DNA of 64,000 nt, taken from NCBI GenBank assembly GCA_965217185.1, contig OZ244252.1:2560001-2624000 (forward strand), written 5' to 3'. The stretch is from an uncultured Candidatus Entotheonella sp. (GTDB lineage: Bacteria > Tectomicrobia > Entotheonellia > Entotheonellales > Entotheonellaceae). The translations under genes were made by a program, and so were the position numbers. Shown here piece after piece: positions 21,266 through 31,560 of this stretch (position 1 is the first letter of the stretch; each line of letters starts with the position of its first letter). A model generated the notes under the pieces. It was not told where the DNA came from. It did no database searches and was given only the letters and a program-made list of their open reading frames with translations.

Positions 21266-23074
21266 ATGCTCACCGTTGCAAGGCGTTTCAGGAGAGGGCT
21301 TTCGTTACTGACGTTCGGGCTACTGACAATCGGCTGCGGCGGGTTGGCGTTCAGCCAAGGGAACAGCGGCGACGCGCTGCTCGAGCGGCTGAAACAGAAC
21401 GCCACCGAGTTTCGCTACGAAGTCGGCAAGCCGGGCGGCTCGCTGACGCATTCCACAATCAGCGGGCCGAAGACCTTCAACTTGGCAATCTCAACGGAAA
21501 CGTCGTCCACCGAGATTCTCGGGTACCTGTTCGAGGGTCTGACCGAGTCCTCCTGGCTGACCTCCCGGATGCAAGGCAACCTCGCCGAGCGCTGGGAAGC
21601 TTCCGAAGACGGCCTGGTGTGGACGTTCTACCTGCGCAAGGGCGTCAAGTGGTCCGACGGTGCGCCCTTCACGGCCGACGACGTCCTTTTCACCTTCCAG
21701 CGCATCATCTACAACGACGACATCCCCGCCTCGGCGCGGCCGGGCCTGACAATCCGTTACCTCGACGAGGCCACGCAGGAATGGCAGCGCGGTCAGATCG
21801 CCGTTGCCAAGATCGACGACCACGCAGTGCGGTTCACCCTGCCCGTACCCTTCGCGCCGTTTCTGCGCACGATCGACACCCCCATTTACCCCAAGCACAT
21901 CCTGGAAAAACACGTCGACGACGGCAGCTTCACCTCGACTTGGGACGTGGGTACCGACCCCAGCGAGATCATCGGCACGGGGCCGTTCACCATCGCGCGG
22001 TACGACGTCGGCGAGCGCATCGTGCTGCGCAAGAACCCGCACTATTGGAAGAAGGACGACGCGGGCAATGCCCTGCCCTATCTGGATCAGGTCCTCTACC
22101 TGGTGGTTCAGGACATCGCCGCGGCGGTGCTCAAATTCCAGGCGGGCGAGACCGACGTCCTCGGCGTCACGGGCGACCAATATCCGGTGTTGAAGCCGGA
22201 GGAAGCCACCAAAAACTTCACCCTGCACCGGCAGGGGCCGAATTTCGGCACGACCTTCCTGGCCTTCAACCAGAACCGGGGCAAGAATCCCGACAACGAC
22301 CGGGCGTTCGTGGAGCCGGCCAAGCTGAAGTGGTTCACGAATCGGGATTTCCGTCGGGCGGTCGCCCACAGCGTCGACAAAGACAGCATCATCGACAACG
22401 TGATGAACGGCCTGGGCTACCCGCAGTGGGCCGCCATCAGCCCGGCGGCGGGGCCGTTCCACAACCCGGACGTCACCAAGTACGCCTACGACCTGAAGCG
22501 CGCCAACGACCTGCTCGACGGCCTCGGCTGGTTTGATCTGGACGGCGACGGCTTCCGCGAAGACGACGAGGGCACCACCCTCTCCTTCACGCTGGCGACG
22601 AATTCCGGCAACGACGTCCGGGAGAAGGTCTGCACGTTGCTGAAACAGGACCTCGCCAAGGTCGGCATCCAGGCCAATACCCGCTTCATGGAATTCAACT
22701 CGCTGGTGTCCCAACTGGTTAGCACCTACGATTGGGAAGCCATCGTCATCGGCTTCACCGGCGGCGTGGAACCGCACGGCGGTATCAACCTGTGGCACTC
22801 GTCGGAGCGCCTGCACCTCTGGTATCCCCTGCAGGAAGCGCCAGCCACCCCCTGGGAAGCGGCCATCAACGAGTTGTTCGTACACGGCAGCCGCGAGATG
22901 GACGAGGCGAAACGATACGCCATCTACCACGAGTTCCAGCAAGTCGCGTCCGACAACCTGCCGGTTATCTACACCGCCCTCGCCGAGCGCATTACCGCGG
23001 TGCGCAATAGTTACGGCAACATGACGCCGACGCTGTACGGCCTGTACGATGTGCGCTACCTTTACGTGCGTTAG
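21266..23074 (+). CDS. ABC transporter substrate-binding protein, family 5 (peptide/nickel)
   Basis: LAERWEASEDGLVWTFYLRKGVKWSDGAPFTADDV, IGTGPF, FRRAVAHSVD; signal peptide. Confidence 0.93.
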   Translation: MLTVARRFRRGLSLLTFGLLTIGCGGLAFSQGNSGDALLERLKQNATEFRYEVGKPGGSLTHSTISGPKTFNLAISTETSSTEILGYLFEGLTESSWLTSRMQGNLAERWEASEDGLVWTFYLRKGVKWSDGAPFTADDVLFTFQRIIYNDDIPASARPGLTIRYLDEATQEWQRGQIAVAKIDDHAVRFTLPVPFAPFLRTIDTPIYPKHILEKHVDDGSFTSTWDVGTDPSEIIGTGPFTIARYDVGERIVLRKNPHYWKKDDAGNALPYLDQVLYLVVQDIAAAVLKFQAGETDVLGVTGDQYPVLKPEEATKNFTLHRQGPNFGTTFLAFNQNRGKNPDNDRAFVEPAKLKWFTNRDFRRAVAHSVDKDSIIDNVMNGLGYPQWAAISPAAGPFHNPDVTKYAYDLKRANDLLDGLGWFDLDGDGFREDDEGTTLSFTLATNSGNDVREKVCTLLKQDLAKVGIQANTRFMEFNSLVSQLVSTYDWEAIVIGFTGGVEPHGGINLWHSSERLHLWYPLQEAPATPWEAAINELFVHGSREMDEAKRYAIYHEFQQVASDNLPVIYTALAERITAVRNSYGNMTPTLYGLYDVRYLYVR

Positions 23075-23100
23075 CTGTCGGGTACCGTCTCGCTTTGAAC

Positions 23101-23182
23101 TCCCCCTCACCCCAACCCTCTCCCGCCAGGGGAGAGGGAGTGTTAATTCCCTTCCCCGGTGAGGGGGAGGGCCGGGAGGGGG
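23101..23182. repeat. CCCCTCACCCC-family repeat doublet inside the ABC operon
   Basis: TCCCCCTCACCCCAACCCTCTCCCGCCAGGGGAGAGGG plus an inverted degenerate copy CCCTTCCCCGGTGAGGGGGAGGGCCGGGAGGGGG. Confidence 0.8.
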
Positions 23183-23201
23183 CACATGAAGAGTCCCGCC
23201 C

Positions 23202-25067
23202 ATGTACACCTACATCATCCAGCGTCTGCTGATCACCATCCCGCTGCTCCTCGGCCTTACCTTCGTCATTTTCATGATCATTCAGATCGCGCCGGGCGAC
23301 TTTTTCGACCAGTGGGCCTTGCAGCCCGATCTCGACCAGCGGCAGTTGCGCCAGTGGAAACGTGAATTTGGCGCCGACAAAGGCTGGATCGCGCAATACG
23401 TCCGATGGCTGCGCGGCGTTCTGTTTGACGTCCGTTTCGCCAGCGAGCGGGTCCGCATCGGCGATTTTGAATACGACACGTTGGCTGACAACCGCGAGGC
23501 CTACGACATCCAAGGCGACGCCACGCCCGTCCACGTCCGGCTTCGGGACGAAGGGGCCTTCGCCCTGGCCTTCAACTTCGATGCGCCCGGCGACGTGGGC
23601 GTGCTGGGCAAGACGGACAACCCCAACGCGGCCAGCGAGCACCCGAGCAACCACTGGTCCGCGGCGGATTTCCAGGCCCTGGAATTGGAGCTGCGCAACG
23701 ACACGGCGGCCGGTGCGGACGTCTTTTTGCGGGTTCAGGACGAGGACGGCAAGGCGCTGGTCGAGCGGCGCTTCATCGCCACCGATGCACCGGCCTCGAT
23801 CACCCTGTCGGACGCCGATTACGCCCGTTTCAGCGTCAACCGGGAGCGTCTCAAAGGCTTCATGCTGTTCGCGCAACAATACGGCGGCATGCCGGCCGAG
23901 ATGCAAGCCACCTGGTTTACCGGCGACACGCCACTGGCAACCACTCGCCACATCCTCGATCCCAGTAAACGCCAGCCTATTCTGCGCAATCAGTTCCCCG
24001 ACGGCCTGGTCGGTCCTGGCCGCTGCGACCGCGTCGAGTTCACGGTGCTGCCGTCCATGACGCAAGACATGCTCGTGCAAATTGGCTTGCAAGATACCGC
24101 TGACGGTGCCTACGAAACGTCCGTTGCCCTGCCCGCTGACGCCGCCCGTACCGTCTACCTGCAATTTGCCGACCTGCAAGGCGCCGGCGTCGATACCACC
24201 CGCATGGGCGCCATCAGCTTTCGCAGCGACGCGCCCGGCTCCCTGCGGGTGGACGAGATGCGCCTCGTCAAGGCCGGTAGCGGTTTCAGTATCGGCGCGC
24301 CCAATTTCGGCAGGTCTATCGAGAACCGCCAGCCGGTGTGGGCCACCATGTGGCCGTTCCTGAAGAACACCGTGCTGCTGAACGTCTTCGCCATTCTGTT
24401 CACCTGGTTGCTGGCGCTGCCGATCGGCATTTATTCGGCCACCCACCCGTACTCGACAAGCGACAAAATCTTCGGCTTCATGGCTTACATGGGCATGGCC
24501 ATCCCGTCGTTCTTCTTCGCGCTGCTGCTGCTCTACGCCACCACCCTGACGTACGACTTCAGTCCCAGCCACCTGCTGCACGAGTCGTTTCCCATCGGCG
24601 GGCTGACCTCGGCCAACTACTACGAGCTAAGCCGTTGGGAGCGCATGATGGACCTCGCCCACCATCTCGTGCTGCCGGTTGTGGTGCTGGGCACCGGCGC
24701 CATGGCCGGCTTGGTGCGCGTGCTGCGGGCGGAGTTTCTGGACAAGAGCAACATGCCCTTCGTAACCACCGCGCGCGCCAAGGGGTTGTCCAACACGGTG
24801 GTCAACTACAAGCACATCCTGCGCAACGCCATGACGCCGTTCGTGGCTGGGTTCGGCTCCCTGCTGCCCGCCATGATCGGCGGCTCGGCGCTGGTCGAGA
24901 TCATCTTCAGCTACCCCGGCATCGGCCAGCTCATGCTCAAGGCCGTGCGTTCCTACGACATCTACCTGGTGATGGCGAGCTCGCTGGTGAGCGGGCTGCT
25001 GCTGGTCATCGGCAACCTGCTCGCCGACATCCTGCTCGCCTGGGTCGATCCCCGCATTAGTTTTTAG
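23202..25067 (+). CDS. DppB/OppB-type permease with a large extracytoplasmic insertion
   Basis: MYTYIIQRLL..APGD N-terminus; about 290 extra aa before NFGRS; FVTTARAKG, YPGIG, DPRI. Confidence 0.9.
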   Translation: MYTYIIQRLLITIPLLLGLTFVIFMIIQIAPGDFFDQWALQPDLDQRQLRQWKREFGADKGWIAQYVRWLRGVLFDVRFASERVRIGDFEYDTLADNREAYDIQGDATPVHVRLRDEGAFALAFNFDAPGDVGVLGKTDNPNAASEHPSNHWSAADFQALELELRNDTAAGADVFLRVQDEDGKALVERRFIATDAPASITLSDADYARFSVNRERLKGFMLFAQQYGGMPAEMQATWFTGDTPLATTRHILDPSKRQPILRNQFPDGLVGPGRCDRVEFTVLPSMTQDMLVQIGLQDTADGAYETSVALPADAARTVYLQFADLQGAGVDTTRMGAISFRSDAPGSLRVDEMRLVKAGSGFSIGAPNFGRSIENRQPVWATMWPFLKNTVLLNVFAILFTWLLALPIGIYSATHPYSTSDKIFGFMAYMGMAIPSFFFALLLLYATTLTYDFSPSHLLHESFPIGGLTSANYYELSRWERMMDLAHHLVLPVVVLGTGAMAGLVRVLRAEFLDKSNMPFVTTARAKGLSNTVVNYKHILRNAMTPFVAGFGSLLPAMIGGSALVEIIFSYPGIGQLMLKAVRSYDIYLVMASSLVSGLLLVIGNLLADILLAWVDPRISF

Positions 25068-25113
25068 TTTTCAGTTTTGAGTGCTGAAAACTAAAAACTC
25101 GAAACTCGGAACT
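25059..25113. repeat. Inverted 7-bp tandem arrays overlapping the permease stop codon
   Basis: AGTTTTT AGTTTTC AGTTTTG AGTGCTG, then AAAACT AAAAACT CGAAACT CGGAACT. Confidence 0.7.
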
Positions 25114-25124
25114 TTATAAGAGCC

Positions 25125-26312
25125 ATGCAACAGGTCGAATCCCACAGCCAAACACGCCCGGCAGAGGCCCCAACCCGGATTACCTCCGGGGACCCGCCTC
25201 TGTCACGTTCGCCGCTGCGCCGTGCCCTGTTTCGGCTGCGCCGCAACCGCTTGGCTATGCTCGGCTTCTGGGTCCTGGTACTGCTTTACGGCAGCGCCCT
25301 GTTCGCCGACTTCCTGGCCCCGTACCACTACGCCAGCAGCGCCCGCAAGAAGGCGTACCACCCGCCGATGATCAACTGGGTACGCATCTCCGACGCTGAC
25401 GGACTGCGCTGGCCCTACATCACCAACAGCGTGTACGAATTCGACGTGAACCAGCGAAAGGTGTACCGCCCGACGCCCGGCGCTGCCTACCCCATCGGCT
25501 TTTTCGTCAAGGGCGATCCCTACCGCCTGTTGGGGCTGTTCGAGACCCGCGTCCACCTGTTCGGCCTGCGCGGTCTGGAAAACGTCGACCCGGACGACCC
25601 GAACCGGCCGATGCTCTTCCTGCTCGGCGCCGACAACTTCGGGCGCGGCGTGCTGTCGCGGCTGCTGTACGGCGGGCGCATCTCGCTGTCCGTGGGGCTG
25701 ATCGGCGTGGCCATCACCTTCGTGCTCGGCATGCTGGTAGGCGGCGCTTCCGGCTACTTCGGCGGGCGCACCGACATCGCCATCCAGCGCCTGTGCGAAA
25801 TGCTCATGCTGATACCGGGCTTCTACCTGCTGCTGTCGCTGCGCGCCGCCATTCCCGCCGATTGGTCGTCGTTTCAGACCTACGTGGCCATCATCGCCAT
25901 CCTCAGCTTCATCGGCTGGGCTGGCTTGGCGCGCACCATCCGCGGCCTGGTGCTGTCTATCGCCTCGATGGATTACGTGACCAGCGCCCGCGCCATGGGC
26001 GTGCCGGACCGCCTCGTCATCGTGCGCCACGTGCTGCCCAACACGCTCTCCTACGCCATCGTCTCGGCCACCATATCCATCCCCGGCTACATCCTGGGCG
26101 AGTCCGGCCTTAGCCTGCTCGGCCTCGGCATCCAGGACCCGGAAGCCTCCTGGGGCAACATGCTGGCGCTGGCGATGGACATTGCGCAGATCAAGTTCCA
26201 CCCGTGGATTCTCATCCCCGGCGCGCTCATTTTCGTCACCGTCATGGCCTTCAATTATCTCGGCGACGGCCTCCGCGACGCCTTCGACCCACGCGGCGTG
26301 CAGGGTAAGTAG
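25125..26312 (+). CDS. DppC/OppC-type permease
   Basis: LGADNFGR.VLSRLLYGGRISL, YVTSARAMG, HVLPN, SWG, GDGLRDAFDPR. Confidence 0.93.
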   Translation: MQQVESHSQTRPAEAPTRITSGDPPLSRSPLRRALFRLRRNRLAMLGFWVLVLLYGSALFADFLAPYHYASSARKKAYHPPMINWVRISDADGLRWPYITNSVYEFDVNQRKVYRPTPGAAYPIGFFVKGDPYRLLGLFETRVHLFGLRGLENVDPDDPNRPMLFLLGADNFGRGVLSRLLYGGRISLSVGLIGVAITFVLGMLVGGASGYFGGRTDIAIQRLCEMLMLIPGFYLLLSLRAAIPADWSSFQTYVAIIAILSFIGWAGLARTIRGLVLSIASMDYVTSARAMGVPDRLVIVRHVLPNTLSYAIVSATISIPGYILGESGLSLLGLGIQDPEASWGNMLALAMDIAQIKFHPWILIPGALIFVTVMAFNYLGDGLRDAFDPRGVQGK

Positions 26313-26447
26313 AGGCATGTGGGATAATGCACCTTTGAGGACCTACTCCCTGCGTCGGGCATCGAATTGCGCTATGCTTCCGTTTCCCAAAACGCAACCG
26401 ACAGCGCACCCAGGGCGCGTCCGCATGACCCACAGGAGGATAGCCAA

Positions 26448-26903
26448 ATGAAAGTGTTTTCCGGCATTGAAGAGGCAAAGGAATACGTCGGCAAGGAAGT
26501 CGGCGTCAGCCCGTGGTACGACGTGACGCAGGAGCGCATCAACGCCTTCGCCGACGCCACCGGCGATCACCAGTGGATTCACGTCGACGTGGAACGCGCC
26601 AAGAACGAATCGCCCTTTGGCGGACCGGTGGCGCATGGCTATTTCACGCTGTCCCTGGCACCCAAAATGATGTGGGAAGTGTACAAAATGGAAGGCGTCA
26701 AGATGGGCGTCAACTACGGCGTCAACAAGGTGCGTTTTCCCGCCCCGGTGCCCGCCGGCAGCCGCATCCGCATGCACCTGGAGCTCAAGGAGTTGCAGGA
26801 CATCGAAGGCGGCGCGCAGGCCGTCATGCTGCTGACCTTCGAGCGCGAGGGGCAGGAAAAACCGGTGTGCGTGGCCGAATCGGTATCGCGCTGGTACGTT
26901 TGA
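26448..26903 (+). CDS. MaoC family dehydratase
   Basis: FADATGDHQWIHVD, PFGGPVAHG, NYGVNKVRFPAPV; AGGAGG RBS. Confidence 0.92.
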   Translation: MKVFSGIEEAKEYVGKEVGVSPWYDVTQERINAFADATGDHQWIHVDVERAKNESPFGGPVAHGYFTLSLAPKMMWEVYKMEGVKMGVNYGVNKVRFPAPVPAGSRIRMHLELKELQDIEGGAQAVMLLTFEREGQEKPVCVAESVSRWYV

Positions 26904-26904
26904 G

Positions 26905-29223
26905 ATGACCCCGCCTGACGTTCCCACCACGGCGACTCCGCTGCCCGGCAACGTCGCGGCAGAGCGCGGCTCGCAAGGCCCCGAGGCGGCGCTGATCAAC
27001 AAAATACGCGCCGCCGCCTCCCTCGACGACCTGTTTCTCAAGCTGAAAGAAGACCTGGTCGGTCTGTTCGAGGTCGAACAACTCACGCTCTACGCCATCG
27101 ACCGCGAGAACCGGGAACTGTACTCGCGCTTCCTACTCGATTCCCTGCAAGGCATTCAGGAAATCCGCGTGCCCATCGACGCCACCAGCGTATCGGGCTA
27201 CTGCGCCCGATACGGCAAGACCCTCAACATTGGCGACGTGTATGACGCCGATGAGCTGGCGGCCATCGGCCCGCACCTGACCTTCAACCGCTCGTGGGAC
27301 GAGCGCAGCGGCTTTCGCACCCGGCAGATGCTCGCCGTGCCCATCCTGGTGGACGGCAAATACCTGATGGGCGTGCTGCTGCTCATCAATAAGCGCAATG
27401 GCGGGCGCTTCACCGCTGAAGAGGCGAGCTTCGCGGGCACCATCGCCGAGGCCATCGGCATCGCCATTCGCCAGCACAACACCGCCACCCGGCAGCAAAC
27501 GGCCAGCCAGTTCGATCATTTGCTGGAACAGGCGATCCTCTCGCGTGCCGAACTGGAAAACGCCATGGCCGAGGCGCGCCGCCGCAACTGCGACACGGAA
27601 TCGGTGCTGCTGGACACCTACCAGGTTTCCAAAGCGGATATCGGGCGGGCGCTAAGCCAGCATTACGGCTGCCCATTCGTGGCCTACGACGAGCGGGCGG
27701 CGGTCGATGCCGGCCTGCTGAGAGGGCTGAACGTCGACTACCTGCGGATGAATTACTGGATGCCGCTGCGGCGCGCCGGAGACCACCTCGAGGTGCTGAT
27801 CGACAACCCCAGGGACGCGGCGAAGATCGAGCACATCCGCGGGCTGTTGCCCGGCGCCAGCCTGCGCTGGATGGTGGCGCTGCGGCAGGACATCGCGCGC
27901 TTTCTGCAGCGCGCCAGCAGCCAACAGGGCGGATTCGGCGGCATCGAGGACATCCTGGGCGAGTTGCACGACAGCACGCCGTTGCCGCAGGACGACGAGC
28001 CCGCCGGTGGCCTGCGCGAGGACGACAGCGTCATCGTGCGGCTGGGCAACCAGATCATTTTGGATGCGCACGTGCAGGGGGCGTCGGACATTCACATCGA
28101 GCCGTACGCGGCGCGTCACGACACCGTGGTGCGGCTGCGCATCGACGGGCACTGCCGGGAGTACCAGCGCATTCCGCCGATCTACCGGCGCGCCCTGGTG
28201 TCGCGGCTGAAGATCATGGCGCGCCTCGACATCGCCGAGCGCCGCAAGCCGCAAGATGGCAAAATCCAATTCCGCCTGCCCACCGGACGGGACATCGAAC
28301 TGCGGGTCGCCACGATGCCGGTGGCCAGTGGCGATGAGGACGTGGTGTTGCGCATTCTGACCGCCAGCGAGCCATTGCCGCTGTCGGCCCTGCACATGAC
28401 GCCGCACAATCTGGAGAGATTCGAGACGGCTATCCGCAAGCCTTACGGCCTCGTCCTGGCAGTCGGGCCGACCGGCTCCGGCAAGACCACCACGCTGCAT
28501 GCCGCGCTCGGCGCCATCAACGAACCGTCGCGCAAGATCTGGACGGCGGAGGACCCGGTTGAAATCACCCAATACGGCCTGCGGCAGGTGCAGGTTCAGC
28601 CGCGCATCGGCTTCACCTTCGCGGCTGCCATGCGGTCATTTCTGCGCGCCGACCCGGATATCATCATGGTCGGCGAGATGCGCGACGCCGAGACCGCTCA
28701 CATCGGCATCGAAGCATCGCTGACCGGGCACTTGGTGTTTTCGACGCTGCACACCAACAGCGCCTCGGAAACGGTGACGCGGCTGCTGGACATCGGGCTT
28801 GATCCGTTCAATTTCGCCGACGCGCTGGTGGCGGTGCTGGCGCAGCGGCTGGTGCGCACCCTCTGCCCGGCGTGTAAAGAGGCGTATCAGCCGGACGAGG
28901 CGGCGTGGGCGGCACTGCGGCAGGCGTATGGCGAAGGGGCCTTTGCCGACCTGGATTTGCCAGGTTCGGCGGACGCCACGCTGTACCGCGCCAAGGGCTG
29001 CGAGGTGTGCCAGGGGCTGGGCTACAAAGGCCGCGTGGCGGTGCACGAACTGTTGGTGGCGAGTGATGACATCCGGCACGCCATTCAATCGCGCGCCCGG
29101 GTGACCGAAATTACGACTCTGGCCCGACAGCAGGGCATGACCACCCTGTTGCAGGACGGCGTGCTAAAGGTGTTGGGCGGATTGACGGACCTGACGCAGG
29201 TCAAAGCGGTCGCAGACAGGTAG
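26905..29223 (+). CDS. GspE/PilB family secretion ATPase with N-terminal GAF domain
   Basis: GAF (DERSGFRTRQMLAVPI..GVLLLINK), ASDIHIEP, PQDG, GPTGSGKTT, EDPVE, DPDIIMVGEMRD, CxxC/CxxC. Confidence 0.93.
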   Translation: MTPPDVPTTATPLPGNVAAERGSQGPEAALINKIRAAASLDDLFLKLKEDLVGLFEVEQLTLYAIDRENRELYSRFLLDSLQGIQEIRVPIDATSVSGYCARYGKTLNIGDVYDADELAAIGPHLTFNRSWDERSGFRTRQMLAVPILVDGKYLMGVLLLINKRNGGRFTAEEASFAGTIAEAIGIAIRQHNTATRQQTASQFDHLLEQAILSRAELENAMAEARRRNCDTESVLLDTYQVSKADIGRALSQHYGCPFVAYDERAAVDAGLLRGLNVDYLRMNYWMPLRRAGDHLEVLIDNPRDAAKIEHIRGLLPGASLRWMVALRQDIARFLQRASSQQGGFGGIEDILGELHDSTPLPQDDEPAGGLREDDSVIVRLGNQIILDAHVQGASDIHIEPYAARHDTVVRLRIDGHCREYQRIPPIYRRALVSRLKIMARLDIAERRKPQDGKIQFRLPTGRDIELRVATMPVASGDEDVVLRILTASEPLPLSALHMTPHNLERFETAIRKPYGLVLAVGPTGSGKTTTLHAALGAINEPSRKIWTAEDPVEITQYGLRQVQVQPRIGFTFAAAMRSFLRADPDIIMVGEMRDAETAHIGIEASLTGHLVFSTLHTNSASETVTRLLDIGLDPFNFADALVAVLAQRLVRTLCPACKEAYQPDEAAWAALRQAYGEGAFADLDLPGSADATLYRAKGCEVCQGLGYKGRVAVHELLVASDDIRHAIQSRARVTEITTLARQQGMTTLLQDGVLKVLGGLTDLTQVKAVADR

Positions 29224-29234
29224 GCGGAACCATC

Positions 29235-29843
29235 GTGCCTCGTCTGCAACTCCCGGACGGCTCTCGGTTTACTTACGAAACGGCCGGCGACGGCTTCCCC
29301 CTTATCCTGCTTCCCGGCCCTGAGGGCATCGCCGCCTGGTTGCCCCACATGCCCCTCTTCGGCGAACTCTGTCACACCATCGCTTATGAATTTTGCCAGC
29401 CGCAACCAACCACCGGATACCTACCCGCCCTTCTCGACGCTCTGCGCCTGGAGCGCGTCTACCTGGCCAGCCCTGTTCCCGCCTGGATACCAGCCTTGCA
29501 GTTCGCCCACCATCGTCCCAAAGCTCTCGAAGCCCTCCTCCTCGTGGACCTTCCGGGCCCTGCGGCCAAGGCTCCACCGCTTGATTCCACCCTCGCAACA
29601 CATCTGTCCAGCCTGACCCTGCCGATCTTCATCCTGCTCGCCGACGGCGAGGGGGCCGCCCGTCCCACCGCCGACTGGCTGTCAACCCATCTGCCCCATT
29701 GCCGCACCATCACCATGCCTGTGCATGATCAGCCCGACCTCCCCAAAGCGCCCCATCGGCAGTTCCCGCACCTCGTGTTGCGCTTCCTCCTCGACCGCGA
29801 ACGTCACCGCAATTTCGTCCGAGGCGCGTCGTTTTTGTTGTAG
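29235..29843 (+). CDS. Alpha/beta-hydrolase-fold protein, apparently lacking the catalytic motif
   Basis: YETAGDGFPLILLPG, LLDALRLERVYL; ASPVP where GxSxG is expected. Confidence 0.6.
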   Translation: MPRLQLPDGSRFTYETAGDGFPLILLPGPEGIAAWLPHMPLFGELCHTIAYEFCQPQPTTGYLPALLDALRLERVYLASPVPAWIPALQFAHHRPKALEALLLVDLPGPAAKAPPLDSTLATHLSSLTLPIFILLADGEGAARPTADWLSTHLPHCRTITMPVHDQPDLPKAPHRQFPHLVLRFLLDRERHRNFVRGASFLL

Positions 29844-29877
29844 CAGCGGGTTTGAAACCTATCCCGACAACGTCCCG

Positions 29878-30066
29878 CTATCGACGTCCGCGGATGTGGT
29901 AGAGGTAGTACGCCTGCAGGGCAGCGGCAAGCAGCGGGACGCCGACTCGGAGGCCCATCCCCAAGGGACCGGCTTGCTCGCCGCGCCAGCCAAGGCGAAA
30001 GGCCAGAAGCAGACAGACGACAATGCCGCTGGCGATGAGGATGCGGTGGATTCTCAAGAGCGTCAT
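29878..30066 (-). CDS. Small two-TM membrane protein
   Basis: MTLLRIHRILIASGIVVCLLLA...LLAAALQAYYLY; co-oriented with the upstream gene. Confidence 0.6.
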   Translation of the reverse strand: MTLLRIHRILIASGIVVCLLLAFRLGWRGEQAGPLGMGLRVGVPLLAAALQAYYLYHIRGRR

Positions 30067-30135
30067 GTGCGCAACCTCGCATCGGGAAACCAGCAGGTCG
30101 GATTGCGCCTTGCGAATCCGACATTCCACCGCAAG

Positions 30136-31281
30136 TCAGTAGGTGCGGGTAACACGGTAGGGGGTGATTTCGGCGTGGGTGAAGCCGGCCTGGGGCGACA
30201 GGAATTCGACCTGGAGAACGTAGCCCTCGGCGTCACGGGTATAGTTGACGAATCGAAAGCCGGCCGCGGCTTCGCTGTCTGGGATTTGGCGGCGCTTTCT
30301 GCCGTGTTGCGAGATCAATTGACGCAGGCTTTGCCAGTCACGGATCAGGGCCTCATCCGGCGGGACGTTGTCATTATCGACCGTATAACGGCTGATCGCC
30401 TCGCGGATGTTCTGAAAGGACCTTTCCAAGTCCGCGTTGACTACCTGGACCGCTGGCTTCTTAAGCTTCAGACGCTGCGCCAGGCGTTTCCAGAACCGCT
30501 GTTTTTTGGGCTCCGACTGGACGGCCGCGGCGCTGATCTGGGAAGGGGAGCGGAAGGTATCGTTGAATCCCTGCAAGGTGGCGTGGAATTGGGCATCGGA
30601 CAGGAGCCGACCGACGTCCGTCGAGGTTGTCGTGATGACGGGTTCCTGAGGCGGCGATTCCGGCACACCGGTCGCCGGCTGCGAAACCGCAGCGTCGGCT
30701 TGACCAGCCGGTGCGCGCGCCATCTGGCCGCCGGGCAGTTGCCCCAGGCGGGCGAACCTGGCGTCCGCGATCGCGCTGATCAACCATACGTCGACTTCGC
30801 GGATGAGCGTAAACCGCAGCCGCGACTCCTCCATAGGGAAGTTCACCGTGGTCAGATAGGTGTCGATTGCCGTGATGATCTCGTACGGCTCCGCGCCCTG
30901 CTTCGGCAACACTGCCCATTCGTACAGGTGTGCCACGTCGGGCGAGGATCGAATCGCCGTCACGTATACCTGATTCTCGCCGACCGGCGTCGTGCCGGTG
31001 ATGGTGTAGCGGAACGCCTGCACGAACTTCTGGCTGAGGAACAACTCCGCCGTCGCCGTGGGGAGCCCTGCGCCGCCCGTACCAAATAGCCAACTGCCGA
31101 AAATCGATCCGTCCATGTTGGCGCTTTCAAGCGTCAGGGTGCGCGCCTCGGCGAACCGACCCTGCGACAACGCCGCGATGTACTGCTCCACCACTCTGCC
31201 CGGCTCGCTTTGGGCGTGTGCCAGGCTGCTTAACTGCAACAATATCAACGCACCCACGAGCATCCAGTATCTTTGCGACAT
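30136..31281 (-). CDS. Secreted hypothetical protein
   Basis: Signal peptide ending LAHA-Q; GGAGG upstream; low-complexity linker between two domains. Confidence 0.75.
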   Translation of the reverse strand: MSQRYWMLVGALILLQLSSLAHAQSEPGRVVEQYIAALSQGRFAEARTLTLESANMDGSIFGSWLFGTGGAGLPTATAELFLSQKFVQAFRYTITGTTPVGENQVYVTAIRSSPDVAHLYEWAVLPKQGAEPYEIITAIDTYLTTVNFPMEESRLRFTLIREVDVWLISAIADARFARLGQLPGGQMARAPAGQADAAVSQPATGVPESPPQEPVITTTSTDVGRLLSDAQFHATLQGFNDTFRSPSQISAAAVQSEPKKQRFWKRLAQRLKLKKPAVQVVNADLERSFQNIREAISRYTVDNDNVPPDEALIRDWQSLRQLISQHGRKRRQIPDSEAAAGFRFVNYTRDAEGYVLQVEFLSPQAGFTHAEITPYRVTRTY

Positions 31282-31423
31282 CCGTTCTCCGCCTCCCAAA
31301 AGCCGTATCTGTACCAACGATGTGGAATTCTGAATTGTTACCATAACACGACGCTCGAATCACGTCCTTTCGGTTCCGCGCGGCGAGGGAAGCCCAAGTT
31401 GTCTCGCGGGCCTACACAGCTAT

Positions 31424-31453
31424 TTGAATTCGCCCAATCCGGTGTGCTACACT
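31424..31453 (+). promoter_or_regulatory. Sigma70-like promoter candidate for the erpA-nuo cluster
   Basis: TTGAAT-18 nt-TACACT with extended TG. Confidence 0.4.
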
Positions 31454-31560
31454 TCCTCGAAATTCCAGGCGAAGCGCACTGTTCATGCCACATACGTGGT
31501 TTCAAGGCGAACCAACCAAAACCCCGCCACATTGTTCGCGCAATGTAAGGAGAAGTTAGG

